Below, piece by piece: positions 25,605 to 38,700 of a DNA stretch of 64,000 bases. The number at the start of each line of letters is the position of its first letter. The stretch's first letter is position 1. The stretch comes from Lingula anatina (lineage: Eukaryota; Animalia; Brachiopoda): contig CM120644.1 in NCBI GenBank assembly GCA_051362555.1, positions 1,186,954 to 1,250,953 of the forward strand, read 5' to 3'. The position numbers and the translations under genes are program-made. The notes beneath the pieces were generated by a model. That model made no database searches and had not been told where the DNA came from. It saw only the letters and a program-made list of their open reading frames with translations.

Positions 25605-27535
25605 TTTTGATCTGTGTTCCTATGATGAATATGCATGCACAGGATAACGTTTTAACTAAATTGTAAAAAATTAGTTTTCAATGTAAACTTATTGCCATAA
25701 AAACTCAAACTACTTTGTAAACCGATAAACCCTACACCAAGAATGTGTAACCATGGTAATGCCTTCTTGCCTATATTATAGACTGTTGCTATGTTGTTGC
25801 CAAAAGGTGTAGCTACCAGTTTAATTTATATAATTCATTGCGCAATAGTAACAAACATATTCTGCTGAAGAATTGTGTAATGGCTTATACAAGAGAAGAA
25901 TGTTTTGCTAGGACATGATCATGCATGTTATTAAGGCACACTGCACTAGTACATGAACATGCACTGCAGTAATGATACTGGTCGGTGCTCGTTGGTTTAG
26001 TCTGGGTGCTGAATGCAGTTATTGAATACATTACTCTCTTTTCCATCTATAGTAGTGTAAGTACCCTGGCCAAGGTAGTTACACGTGCAGTTGAATTCAT
26101 TAAACCGAATAGCACCTATCTCTCGCGAGTTAAATATTTGAGGTTCAAATATTGTGATAATGTTGTCGCACAAGGCAATCCTAGTGTCAACGTGTACTAT
26201 ATTGTTTTAGACATTTTTATGTCAGTTTGTTTCTTAAACTTTTCATTCCACTGTGTATCTCAGGAAACCACATTCTGATTTAAAATTTACGTCTGATGAC
26301 AAAATCTACAGATAATAAAAAATTCGTCTACAAATAATCGCTTAAATGTTCACTAATCCAATCAATTTTTAAAAAAAAATCTATACTGATAGACGCAAAA
26401 TCTTGGGTCACTTGAGTCTGACTTGTGGTTTATGCTACTCTGTTAATTGTTATATCAGGTTAACCGTGATTTGATTAAAATGTATCAAGGTTGTGCATTA
26501 CACGTATTTATCAAGCCTCACACTGCAGCTGCTTAAGAAAACTTGTCAGATATTTGTCATATCTTTTTCGAAAATTATGAATTAAGTTAACCATGGGTCT
26601 TTTTATCTATGATAAAGATAAAAGATGCGTCTACGATGGACGTTGAATTTGCTTGATCTGTATCGTGTTTCTTCTTGGGAGTATTGTCCAGTATATACAG
26701 TTTTATCGATATTGTTAACTGTCGTATAACCTAAGTTCCAGGTCTTACAAGGACCTTAAAAATGAATATATATTTATATGTAGAAATAAGAAATAAACTT
26801 TTGTTATCAAAAGTGATATGTATTTTTCTCTTTGTCATTATTTTATATGCAGTACTTGTACATCGCACCTTTTCAAAGTTTATATATTTAAACTTCCATA
26901 TTCGTAGTTTTATTTGTCTAAGACAGTTTGTTTTATAATCTCTTGCTTGTAAGAAAAAATGAATGAAATGCCCGCCCGAATACAAAATCAACAAAATGTC
27001 AGAAAACGTGAATGTTTTACAGTTCTTGATAACATTCAGAATTTTGAAAATTGGTAGAAAAAATTGATAAAAACTTTTTAAGTACATACCAACATCTGTA
27101 CCAACACCTTCATGGTCACGTAGGTCATCGAATCAGTCATTCAGCGCACCAGATATGTGCGTTTTTTGCATTTTTAAGATGTCATAACAGTTCAAATTGA
27201 TAGTAACAGTTTCATATCAATTCGTTGTTGATTGGCTATATAACTGTGACGAAAATCACCAAACACTAATTTACCGGGTACCATGGAGCTGTGACTATGA
27301 CGTACATGAAACAATTATGACGTTACAAAATACGGAGTGTCGTAAAATTTAAACGTTATGAGAAATGTTGTGACGTATAGGTGTTTATGACGTCGGACAA
27401 CAATGCACAGTAGAGTTACGTTTCTTACGTCAGCAATGAAAGACGTTACTAGGGAACGGCACGGCGTTGTTATGAGAAACCAAACAAACAAATACTATTA
27501 TCAACACTGCATAAGTACACGTAAGTCGGTGTGCC

Positions 27536-30500
27536 ATGCTTAAGCTTTTATGCACAAATTCCAATATGACTGAGGTTATGCTTTCACCCAACAGATATCT
27601 AAAAAGAAGCGCCGAATTTTTAAGTCCACGTTCCCGTAAAAGTAAGAGGATCGAAATTCTAGAGAGAAATTTGGGACCAAAATGGAATAATTTGGGATAT
27701 TTTTCCGTACTTCCTATAGAGATGATAACAGAACTCGTGCAGTACTTGGATACACCCAGTTTACTTCAATTGTCCTCAACTTGTAAAGTATTGCAGATTA
27801 TTTCAAAGGATCGTTATATATGGGAGCTTCATATAAAGGTAAAATTACATTCTCCTTCATCATGATTGACCAAAAATTATGGTGATAATGAGAAATTAAT
27901 GAATAAAATATTTAAGATACATGGAAAATTTAATGATTTAAAAAAAAGAAAATTCATTTCAATTTATTAATGAGAAATATATTCAATAAATAATAATGGT
28001 TTTGAATATATTAATGAGAAATATATTCAAAACCATTATTATTTATTGAAAAGCTTCCGATGCTTTTGTAAAAAATCTTTCAAAACTCACGCAATCAAAA
28101 TTTGATGAAAAGAAAGAATTCTTATTCCTAAATATCTGTTAAAGATGCATACAAAGTCAATTTTTTGTCACAAAAACCAACCAAATGCTAGCGTATAGTT
28201 TCAAGTAGTATAACTAAGAGAATTACCAAAAGGGATTGATTAATTTTACCCGAAAATGATGTTTGAATGGATTTTTCTGCTGGCATTCTAAGCTGTATGT
28301 CAATGGGGCAAGAAAGTAGGTCATGAAAGTAGGTTAAATTTACAACCATAAATTTAAAGAAAGGAGCAGTCTAAAGGTCTTTTATGGCTGATCGAGTGAT
28401 CTATTCAGTTTATCCCTTGGCATGTCGAATTTATTTGAGTCATATAAGAATCTAGTAGAAGTGGTTTACATGTGTTACTGGGAATCCATGCTCCACCGAA
28501 GCTCGGTTCGTATGTACCTTTAAAAGTATATACATGTACTTTATTTCTCTGCACGTGCTGCAATTTTAGGGAACTCATGGCAGGGGACTCGGGCGAGATC
28601 TCGCGAGAGTAGCCGCACCCTTTCTGAATCATAAACAATTGGCATTTCTCTTATACAAACTGAGCTATATTCGAAACTTAATCTTTCAAAGGGAATATAG
28701 AAATTTCCTGGAAAACATCCCCAGCATGATCACGTGTCTGTATGCGTTCGAGGAGACAACTCCTTTCTGGCAGAGAAACAAACCATACTTGTTAAGTCAA
28801 ATGGTGACGATCTTCATCCATCCGCTTGGGGCGCAGCATGGCCTGCAGTATATCATTGGTAACGGTTTTTTAACGGATTCAAAATTTAAACGAGATTTAT
28901 TTATTCCTCCTTCTATGTTTGGTAAAACGAACAAATCTGTTATTCGATTTTTAATGTACCAGTGCTTGTGTTAGCTTTCATTTCCAATTAATTAAATTTT
29001 TATAAGTTTTTTTTTATTATTCTGTGCCTGTGTTTTAATCATTGGAGATCATGTATTATATATGATAATTCCTTTGTAGTTTTGTTTTAAATACGCACTC
29101 AGTAACCTGTGTTATCACTAAATCAGTTTTCTTTGTAGCTGAAAGGATGATATTCTCTCAAAGCATGAAATATGTGTTATAAGGATACATGTAGCATTGT
29201 ATCTATCATCAACAAGATTTAAATGGACATGAATAAGTATTAAATGTATTACCAGTGAAACTTAAAGAAACTAGTATTTTTAAGACAACTGTAAAACAGC
29301 CACTATCGAGAGAGTGTGACTTCTAAAATCCTAGAAACGTGACTCTATATTTCATATTATTTATTTAATTCATCTTTTAAAAATTGTGTTCATCATTTAA
29401 AGATGGTTATATTTATTAACAAACAATTGCAGCACGTGTCCACCCCCCGGTACAACTTGAGATCACGTGGTCAAGTTTGCGCGCCATGCACCAAAGACGG
29501 ATGAAATCTCCCGCGCTCGCTGCTGATTTTCTAAAGAGATATGTACAGTGTCTTGTAGACAGTAAGTAATAATAGCACAACAGTTCCACAAACTGTGAAA
29601 TAACAATACACACTCAGACACTGCATTGGTTCATGGTTTGAAAACTACACGGTACGTTCAAAGATCCCCGTGTTCTGGGTGTTGCTAAATACGAAATGTT
29701 TTCATATGAAAAGCGGGGCAGTATTAGTATATTCTCATAAAGGGGTCAACGATGCTTAATCTTTTTAAATATATGTAGTTTCTTTGTTTTGGTGGACAAA
29801 ATTTCGGTCATGGTTTTAACTTATTTTGTTGCACTGGCTTCTGTACGTATATATTTCAGATATCAGCACTATTGAGAGCCTGTACGTGGAGTGTAGAAAT
29901 CAGCGTCCACTGAGGAGGCTAGCCAGACTGTTAGAGAGCCACAGAGCGTCCCAGACCGCAGTGTTCAAGGCTTTAAGGGATACGATTAAGGAAGGTGAGG
30001 GCCAGGGTTTTAATCAAATAAAAAATCAAATAAAGTAAAATAAATGTTAACAAATTTTGGCTATTGTTCATGTCTGTGCTATTGCTGTCCAGTGGTTATA
30101 AATGAGTGCTATCCAAAGGATAACTGTCTATAGGATAACAAGGATAACTGTCTGTAGGATAACTGTCTGTAGGATAACAAGGATAACTGTCTATAGGATA
30201 ACAAGGATAACTGTGTATAGGATAACAAGGATAATCATTTTATCCAGTGGATAGTGTTACCCACACGATAGCGTTATCCAGTGATGGCACTGGTCATCAT
30301 AGAAAGACAAGTCTTTCAATGTATAGGTGACCTCGTTTCTAATTACGTTTTCTTTACTGTTTACGTGTTTCAGACGGAGACGAGTTATCGGACTACTACG
30401 ACTTCGCCACGGCGTTGGAAACTCACAGCTCTATCGACCATCTGCTCGATCATATGTTCAGCACCCACCCTTTCCTGTTGGCGTACAGGAACAATGTGGA

Positions 30501-32013
30501 CAGCAGACACTATGGTAGGTAAAACTGCATTGAAAGTGCGCCAGCTTTAACACATTTGAACGTTTTTTTTAATTGCTTAAACTAAAACATCTTTAACGTC
30601 ATAGGTGATATCTTGGACATAATAAGAGATGTCCAAGGTGATTTTAAAGCAAAGCTCAGCTCAAAACAAAGCCATAGTACGACAAATAATCTATCTAGGA
30701 ACGTTCTGTGTCGGCTTCTCAAACAATTAAGGCCTTGTGAACATCATGAACTTCAACGTTCAATGAAAGACAATGTTCGGGGACTGGCGTTGTGCAGGAA
30801 GAATTACAGTTGTACGGCTCAAGTGCAACCGATCGTAATTGCAGACATACATGTGCATCCAAACTAGCCCGGCCCTATACGTGACAAAGTAGAAAGTTTG
30901 CATTTGATCTGTCGATTGCAACGAATCCTCCCTGGCTGCGTGGTAACTTCGCTGACCTGTACGCGGCTAGATATTACAGTACGGGTTCGAATGTCAGTAC
31001 GTCCACCGCAACTTTTGCTGCTAGAAACCATTTGTAAAAAATTGTTTGATTACTATAAAAGGAAACACGTAAGTATGGAGGTTGGCGGTACAGTCACGGC
31101 GCAATCGGTAGCGTGCACTGCTGCTACAAATATTCAAACCCATCATCTACCATGGTAACGGGTGTCACGAGGGAAGTCACGAGTTCGAGTCCCAGATGAG
31201 GCATGTCACCTCCCAACAGATACGAGCTGTCCTCGGGATCGGGAAGGCGCGAAAACGAATGCAGGCTCCACTGGGTCCGGGCAAAGTACCTTTTGCATAT
31301 AAAAACCGATATAGGTCAGCATAAGTGATTGATTTGACAACTTATTGCAGGTTGTTATCAAAAAGTCTGCGTCTCCCGTAATACTTCCTTTCTCTGTACT
31401 TAAATTTTTTTTTCAAATGATGCTTAGGCGGGGTTGGTCACTCATCTATATCCTTAACCAGCTATACAACAGATCAAACTTGAATTGAGTCAATTGCTAT
31501 AGCTGTTTTATACCCCTTCTCTCTGACCTTGCTTATCAAGACTGTTATGGACATATAGTACCCGGGGAAACTCAGTCGATATTTGAAATAGCAAAGACTA
31601 CTCAAAATTTAAACCGCCAAGGTGTGAACCGTTTTGGATCTCATCGTGCTCTATAACGTGACAGGTGAAGTCGAACGTTATCTCAGTGTAGAATAAAATG
31701 AAGATTAAAGGACCTGAATTCATCTGACTAGGAACGTTCCGGGCAGGGTTATCAATAAAAGCGACCAAACTTGAATTGATTCAGTAGCTTCCCCGGTATA
31801 GCACCACGTCATACAGTGGCGAATTCAGGGGTTTCTAAAACAACACTCTTATGTTTTTCTCTTGAAATGTTAAAACATTTTGACAAGCTTATTCATAGCA
31901 TTAAACCGTACTAAATTGCACTGTTAACCCTAAAACACCAAATTTTTAGGGCTCTTCAGCTGCCCCGAACCCCACCCCAAGGGGGGCGAGGGTCGGCTAT
32001 CAGAGGCCTTTCA

Positions 32014-32056
<43 letters not shown>

Positions 32057-33953
32057 GCCCCCCTTCGAATAATCCTGGATCCGTCGCTGCAATTATCACT
32101 TGTTAATAATGAATAAACATTTTTTCTTCTGCTTCAGATGTAGATCTGATCCTTCAGTACGCCGAAGACTGCGCCGATCTGTACAACGTCGTGGACGAAA
32201 AATACGAATCTTGGTACGTCACAGCTGGCTTCGAGCGAACCTCTGTGTACGCTCACCGCGAGACAGGCACGAGACCGGTAGACGTCCAGGCGCTTTTTAC
32301 GTCAATCCTCTTGATTCTCTCCTCCGAGAACCCTCCCGGGTCTCCTTGGAACCTCACCAAGGCCAAGGAAGACGCTGCCCGCGTGATGGATCAGTTACCG
32401 GTGTGTAACGACCCTGAGATCTTAGTCCGCCAGATGGCAGTCCGGAGGTTGGCCCACAGGAAAGGCTGGACTCACTTTATGGCCGAAATCGAGGAATCCG
32501 ACTATTACAGGTGGGTATTGATTTTTCATTTGGTGTGTAAACGTCTCTTTTCTTCCATTACCGAGCTGAGGTTCTTCTCTTTCTGTTCCACGTTTTCTTT
32601 TATTCTTTCGCTCTTGGGACCTCAAAGATAATTTGAAAAGAGGCAACACCGTTTCTCAGGCCTGTAGCCAGGAGGATTCGGGGGTTTGCTGGGAAAAGGT
32701 CCGCTGTGGGTAAAATTTGATCTAGGTACATGAAGTTTTTATGATAAAAGGGTCCACTTTTTTCCGAAAAAGACCCCCCCCCCCCCCCGCCTATTTGAAA
32801 TTGTCAGCTACGGGTCCGTTTTCTGCTAGTCTGATATTTTAAACTTTTGTAATCGCAATATAAAGCCGCTATAACCTATAATAGGCAAAATGTCGGATTG
32901 CAACTGGAGGGTTGGTGTTGATTGACACCATCACTGAGCAATCCCCCACCCCTCTCCTTTTTGCCTTTTTGTCTCATGTTTAAATATATCATTTACGACT
33001 GATTCGATGAAATATGTTTTTTGACATTTAAACATTATACTTTCTAGGCTTTATGTAGAGGCAGGTGCTCTGCTGAGTCCGGCCTCTTTGTCTAATCTCA
33101 AAGAGGAGGTGGCAAGGAGAGAGAAAGTCTACGGCTCATTCCGGGAAATGAACAGCGCTCTCAGAGTCCATTCATCACAGAGGCGGCTCGCTAAATTGCT
33201 CGTGCCGAGAGCTTGCCACCAGGATATCTCATGTTATGGTAAGGATAACCTTTGGCACGTGCTCTACAGGGCCCTTATTAATTTTAATTGTTTTGTTGTT
33301 GAAATACGAATAAATCAATTTCAGTGAAATGTCCCAATTTATATTTTATATTAATTATTTATCTAAAGAATTTTATTAAATTATATTTTACAATGTTGGT
33401 TACACTGTTTAAATCTTCATTCATATAGTTATTAAATTCATTAGCCACTTGAAATATTTCTTACTTACCATTGCAATTTTGTAATTGTCAAAATATTGGC
33501 CCTATTCCCGTCTGTGTACAGCAAACTCTCCCCCATCTTTATAACACAGGTGGCCCGGAACCTCACCCTCCCCGCATTCTAGCCGCACACTTCCGCCATC
33601 TTGCTTCCCTGGTCAGGAGGTATCTGTCCACTGGGAATGAGGACACCATGGACCGCATACAGAACTTCATCATGTTCAAACTGAGAGGCTTTGAAACTGA
33701 AAACGAGGCTGCAGAAGAAGGTGACAGTAATTCCGCTCCAGTCTCGACCGTGTCGCCGTCTATAGACATGATGTCAGACTCGACGCCGTCGCCACCTATT
33801 AAATTGAATTATTCCGATTCAAGTTTTATTGATGACGATGGTGTAACAAGCGACACCGATTTAAGTGATGGTGGAAATACCCAAGACAACACAGCCAACG
33901 TTTTGAGGCAGAACGCTGAAGGACTTATAGGCGATTTTCTTCGATGTGACTGA
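27536..33953 (+). CDS. F-box protein (~654 aa) with an uncharacterised C-terminal region, 8 exons
   Basis: F-box motif FSVLPIEMITELVQYLDTPSLLQLSSTCKVLQIISKD.YIW in exon 1. Phase-consistent GT-AG exons 27536-27838, 28570-28858, 29433-29561, 29860-29994, 30374-30514, 32138-32510, 33048-33238, 33550-33953 total 1965 nt with an open frame; acidic, Ser-rich tail. Confidence 0.8.
27982..28050. repeat. Perfect 31-bp inverted repeat with a 7-nt loop (intronic)
   Basis: ttcaataaataataatggttttgaatatatt / aatgaga / aatatattcaaaaccattattatttattgaa. Confidence 0.9.
30115..30265. repeat. Short tandem repeat of aggataac(tgtct/a) units
   Basis: About 10 ggataac units, intronic, flanked by tccagtgg motifs. 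Confidence 0.8.
31092..31300 (+). mobile_element. tRNA-derived SINE-like element (intronic)
   Basis: Pol III A-box-like ggcgcaatcggtagcg (31098) and B-box gagttcgagtccc (31181), followed by a GC-rich body; no complete cloverleaf. Confidence 0.55.
31814..32089. mobile_element. MITE with CAGTGGCG(G)AT(C)CAG-type TIRs
   Basis: cagtggcgaattcagggg ... cccccttcgaataatcctggatccgtcgctg; internal poly-A. Confidence 0.6.
32657..32818. mobile_element. MITE with CAGGCC(C)GTAGCCAG-type TIRs
   Basis: caggcctgtagccagg ... tcagctacgggtccg; flanks gtttct/ttttct resemble a TSD. Confidence 0.55.
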
Positions 33954-35769
33954 AGGACTAGATTTCAAAATGCAATTTTAAAGGAGAATAATTTGAAAAT
34001 ATTAAAACTTTATTTTTCTACAAGAATTTATAATTTAAATGTTTTATAATAACGCCTATATTTTTTATATTAAAGGATATTTATATATAAAAAATGAAAG
34101 CATATTCGCTATCGAAGTTCCTTGCCTGCTTACCCGTGTGAACGGTTTTACAGTAAACTCAATCAAGATTGATATGAAATCAATGCTGATTTTATAATAT
34201 CCTGCAAACCCCCCCCTCCCCCCCCCCCCCCCCCCCCCCCCCCCATCTCCGCTAAAATTTATATTCAGGCCACTCACTGCAATTTTACTTTTCTGTCAAG
34301 TTAATGTTTGGCGCCTGGCAATAAACGCATTTATGAAGCGTCCACTGAAACCGTCACGTGGTAGCGGCGATGTTTACAAGTGTCACAAGTTATCTGATAC
34401 GCTCCTATCGTGAACATACAAGGGACAGATAAGGGCTCTAAGAGGCCACGGTCCTTCTCTCCGGTAAGTCAAGTTGTCTTCTTTTGAGATAATATGGCAG
34501 GAAGCAGGTATGTGTAAAGTCTAGCGCCTTGTGATATTAATGTTATATATTTAAGTATTTTAAAGTACCTGGTATTATTGGCCACAGGATGGGAGAGAGG
34601 GGGGGGGGGGCGGTGCGTGATCTAGCTACTGGATCTATGTTGCAGACGAGTGCATTTAAAACATGTTTACAGTGATTAAACCGATCATATGCATAAGTCA
34701 GTTTGGACACGTATGGTTTGGCGACATTAGGTAGAGAAAAACAGAAAAGACAAAAACTGCCAATCTGAAGGACATTAAGACGGATTTGGAAGCAAAAATA
34801 TAAGAGAATGTCATATCTAACAAATGATCAGAAACACTATATCCGGTGTAAAAAAGAGTATATTAAAGAAAGCTATAAAACCTCTAATCCCACACCATCA
34901 GGTGGCCTACCTCCCCCCTCCCCCCCCCCCCCCCCGGGCTTAACCCCCGCCACTTCTTAAGTGCTAAACCTTTGAATACAAATCAAGCACCTATGACATC
35001 ACTGACGTGGAATCTATCAGCGGTGAAGATGACAGGATGGGGTCTATGCAAAGACACGGCTGTGCCTCCAGTGCTGCACTTGGGTATGTGGCATGCCTGC
35101 TGCTTATAGTGGAGTGGGGGGGGGGGGGGACACCTTACAAGGTATAAGAGGGGTAAATGTCTGCACTGTCCTCCTTAGAGCTACCATTGGGCTTCATGCA
35201 GCTGTTTCAGGAAAAATATATATGACTTGTTCATTTCAAGCTAAACCGGTATGAATATTACATGTATCTCTCGCCTCGCCACCCCCCTCCCCCTTAATTG
35301 GTGACAGCGTCGAACTAGTGGTCAGGTTACACCAAACAAACGTAGCTATGCTCATTTTAACAAATACTATATAATATTTTATTATCAAAAATTGATACAA
35401 TACAAAGCTTGAGTACCCCTAAGCCCCTCTGTCTCTTGTGATTTTGACTGAACCTCTTGAAATAGCCGGGGGGGGGGGGGGGGGGGGGGGGGGTGCACCT
35501 ACCATGTTTGTGAATCACGACGTTTAAATCTGTTGAATGGCTGACAGTTACTGTTGTTAAATGCAGGTCCATGCTCATGTAAAACGTGTCGCATTCCTAA
35601 CACCTCTTATCAGCTTACTTCACTACGATGACCTGTCGCTAAATCAACATTATAGACCAGACTAAAATTTTGGTCTTAGCGCTTACATCGGTCAGAACTT
35701 GTCTTGTAAGCAATAAACAAACAAACAAACACCATCCGCAAATGTAACAGATGTTTTTATATCCAGAGA

Positions 35770-38700
35770 ATGCCCAAAGGGTCGTTTGAGCTGAACGACA
35801 TGAAGACCAACGGCAAAGAGCGACAGGTAATCGTGCAAGACGACGTTCACGATGGCGCGACACCTGGCAAGCAAAATACCGCGTTGGACTCGACGTACGA
35901 AGAGGTCATTCCCCAGGGTCTTATGTCGGAGGGCACCACCCCCGGGGGAAATGGTCTGGATAATAAAGCGTTTGTGCACGATGAACAGGTAGAGTCATCC
36001 GTTTCTGAATGTTTTTTAAAACACCTGACATTGTAGAAGCATCGTGTTTGGGTACTGGTTGTGTGTTATACGTGTACTAGAATATTGTGGCTATCAGAAA
36101 AGAGACTAGAAAGTAACGACATAGCTTGCTTCTTTTTAAAAGAAATTGTTGCACTCTCTCTAAGTCAATTATTCTTCTACACGTAAATGTTTAAACGCTT
36201 AACAATTTAGAAGTATCGTCCTTTGGTCGATTTTATGATACATAGATCTGATCATCTCATGGCTTGCGAGATCAAAATATTAAAAGTTCTTTAGATAACA
36301 AACAAATTTGGCTGTCACCCGCTTTTCAGTACGAGGAACACACTCACAAAGATGTCAGAATTTCCATATACGAAGATGACGGAGAGGACGTGGAAGAGGC
36401 CATGTTTGAAGAGCTGATAGAAGATGGTGGAACTTCCTGTCTACAGAATCTAGAGAAACTACAATTAGGTAAATGGTCAATTACATAAAATGGGTAATGC
36501 TATTTGGTAAATATAAATTGCTGTCACGTGCACAGATTACACCATTAGAAGTATTTTGATCGGGGTTTCCACATTTTGTGATACTGACTTCACCTTCTTA
36601 AAAGGTTGCTGTTCGAGATTCTGAATTTCCATTCGTTTTTAAAAATAAAGATATAAGAAGAATTTAACATTTTCTGATAATTCATATACACGCTGAGTAT
36701 TATGCAATAAACACGGGGCCAATTGTAACCCCAACCATCGCCATCCCCAAAGAAAAAAATATTATCTCCATTTCACTTTTTTCAGCAATCTCCTCCTTTT
36801 TAAATTCACACAATAAAAAGCTGTGGCTGGCTCTGTACGCACTTCTCACAGCGGCCTATGCCGCCTACTTTGGCTATGCGATGTGGTATCAGTTTGGAGA
36901 CGAAGGCTCTATACGACTGCTGTGGGTATCATGCCTAGTAACCGCAGGCGTCCTGCTCTCCCTGATACTCGATAGATGGGGCGACGGGCTGTACCGGGCA
37001 TGCGTACACCTGGTTTCAGTATGTATAGAGAGAAGAGGACGGTACATACGCTGGTAGGTACGCAACTGCATCGGACCAATTTCACTAAAAATGAGCCGAA
37101 AGTAATTTCAGTTGGCCCTTAGACTACATAAATGAATGCCAGTTAAAACGTAGAGAGTTAAACAATTGCTGGACGACAGAGACTGCCTTTTTGCTAATTT
37201 ACACATTTTAGACTGCCAATTTAATTTCGTTAACATCAAAGTTTGTCATTTAGTGCAACAGTTACTGCAGTTTAATATTGATACATTTTAGATTTATAAC
37301 GAGTCATGTCTTAAATTCTTATGTCAGGGTCATAGGTATCGCTGCTGTATGTGGAGTTGTCGCCGTTCTTATTCTTGAAGTAGCTTTGAAGCAGCCTAGA
37401 AATCTGTACTCAGGGATAGGAATAATTGTGTATGTCAGTCTACTGTGGATATTCTCAAAGAATCCTGCCAGAGTAAGCCATTTTTTCTCTCTCTCTCTCT
37501 ATCTCTCTCTCTCTCTCAAACACACAAACACGCCCGAGCACACATACTGATCGATTCTCTTAGCCCTTCGAACTGAAATGGAATCAAACAAATAAGGTAA
37601 GATATTTTATTTGTTAAAATAACAATATCAACAAATCTGTATAGTTAAATATTAGAGAGTGAAAATAAAAAGTGATATTTTTGTACATTTTATAGTAATC
37701 TTAATTAAAATATATTTCTTTTTGCTTTTTATTTCACCTTCAGGTGAAATGGCGGCCTGTCCTAGTCGGGTTGCTGTTGCAGTTCACATTCGCTCTCCTG
37801 ATCCTGCGCACGCGCTGGGGGTTTGAGATTTTTAATTGGTTGGGAGCACGTGTCGCAGAGTTTCTGGCCCATACCGAGGCTGGAGCTAAATTCGTCTTCG
37901 TTAATCTCGAGCCGCACTACTTTGCATTCGCGGTACGTCTTCCGAGTTAAGAGTAGGTTCTCCACCGAGATAAAGGTAGATTAAGATAATTAAGCAATAA
38001 TAGGTATGATACACATGAGATACATGGAAAATGATACATGCCATATATACGTATAGGGGTTATAGGTAAACCCCCCTTAATATTACATTCCTTGCCCATA
38101 ACTTGGTGGAATCTTTGAGACATTTTACAGGTGGTTCGAAGAACGAAGCAAACCGGTAATTATTATATGATGAGGGTCAAGGAAATATAATTTCAACAAA
38201 TTACACGAAGAAAGAACAAGAGTGATATTTTCTGACCTTGTAGATTGTACATGTCGTTCGTTTTCTACATGTACCTAAAGAAACTGGAAGAATTCAAATC
38301 GAGTCCGAATGGAACGTGTAGAAGTGTATTTTAATATAAAATTTATTGTGATATTGAATTTTGTGTATTAAAATCTTGCAAAAGCAAAAAAAAAAAAAAA
38401 AAAATGTCCAAATAAAAAAGAGTAAATAAATAGACATTTGATGAAGAGCACAAAGGACGACCGTTTTCTCTCCTCCAGATCCTACCAATAGTTGTGTTCT
38501 TCAGCTCGTGTGTGTCAGTTCTGTTCTACCTGGGCGCTATGCAATGGTTGATAGGCAAGGTGGCCTGGGTAATGAGAGTTGCCATGGGAACCACTGCTGC
38601 AGAGTCCATGAACGCAGCCGCTAATATATTTATTGGACAGGTTGGTTTGTGCTTACTGTGACACTAAGTTCATTAATCCAGTAAACTTTGTTCAAAAGTA

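Noticed and set aside
31092-31200. Functional tRNA gene
   Set aside because: No acceptor-stem pairing, anticodon arm or T-run terminator could be built; treated as SINE-like.
34494-34507. Upstream ATG mini-exon for SLC28 (ATGGCAGGAAGCAG|gtatgt)
   Set aside because: Splicing to the acceptor before 35770 is out of frame and stops quickly; at most a 5' UTR exon or uORF.
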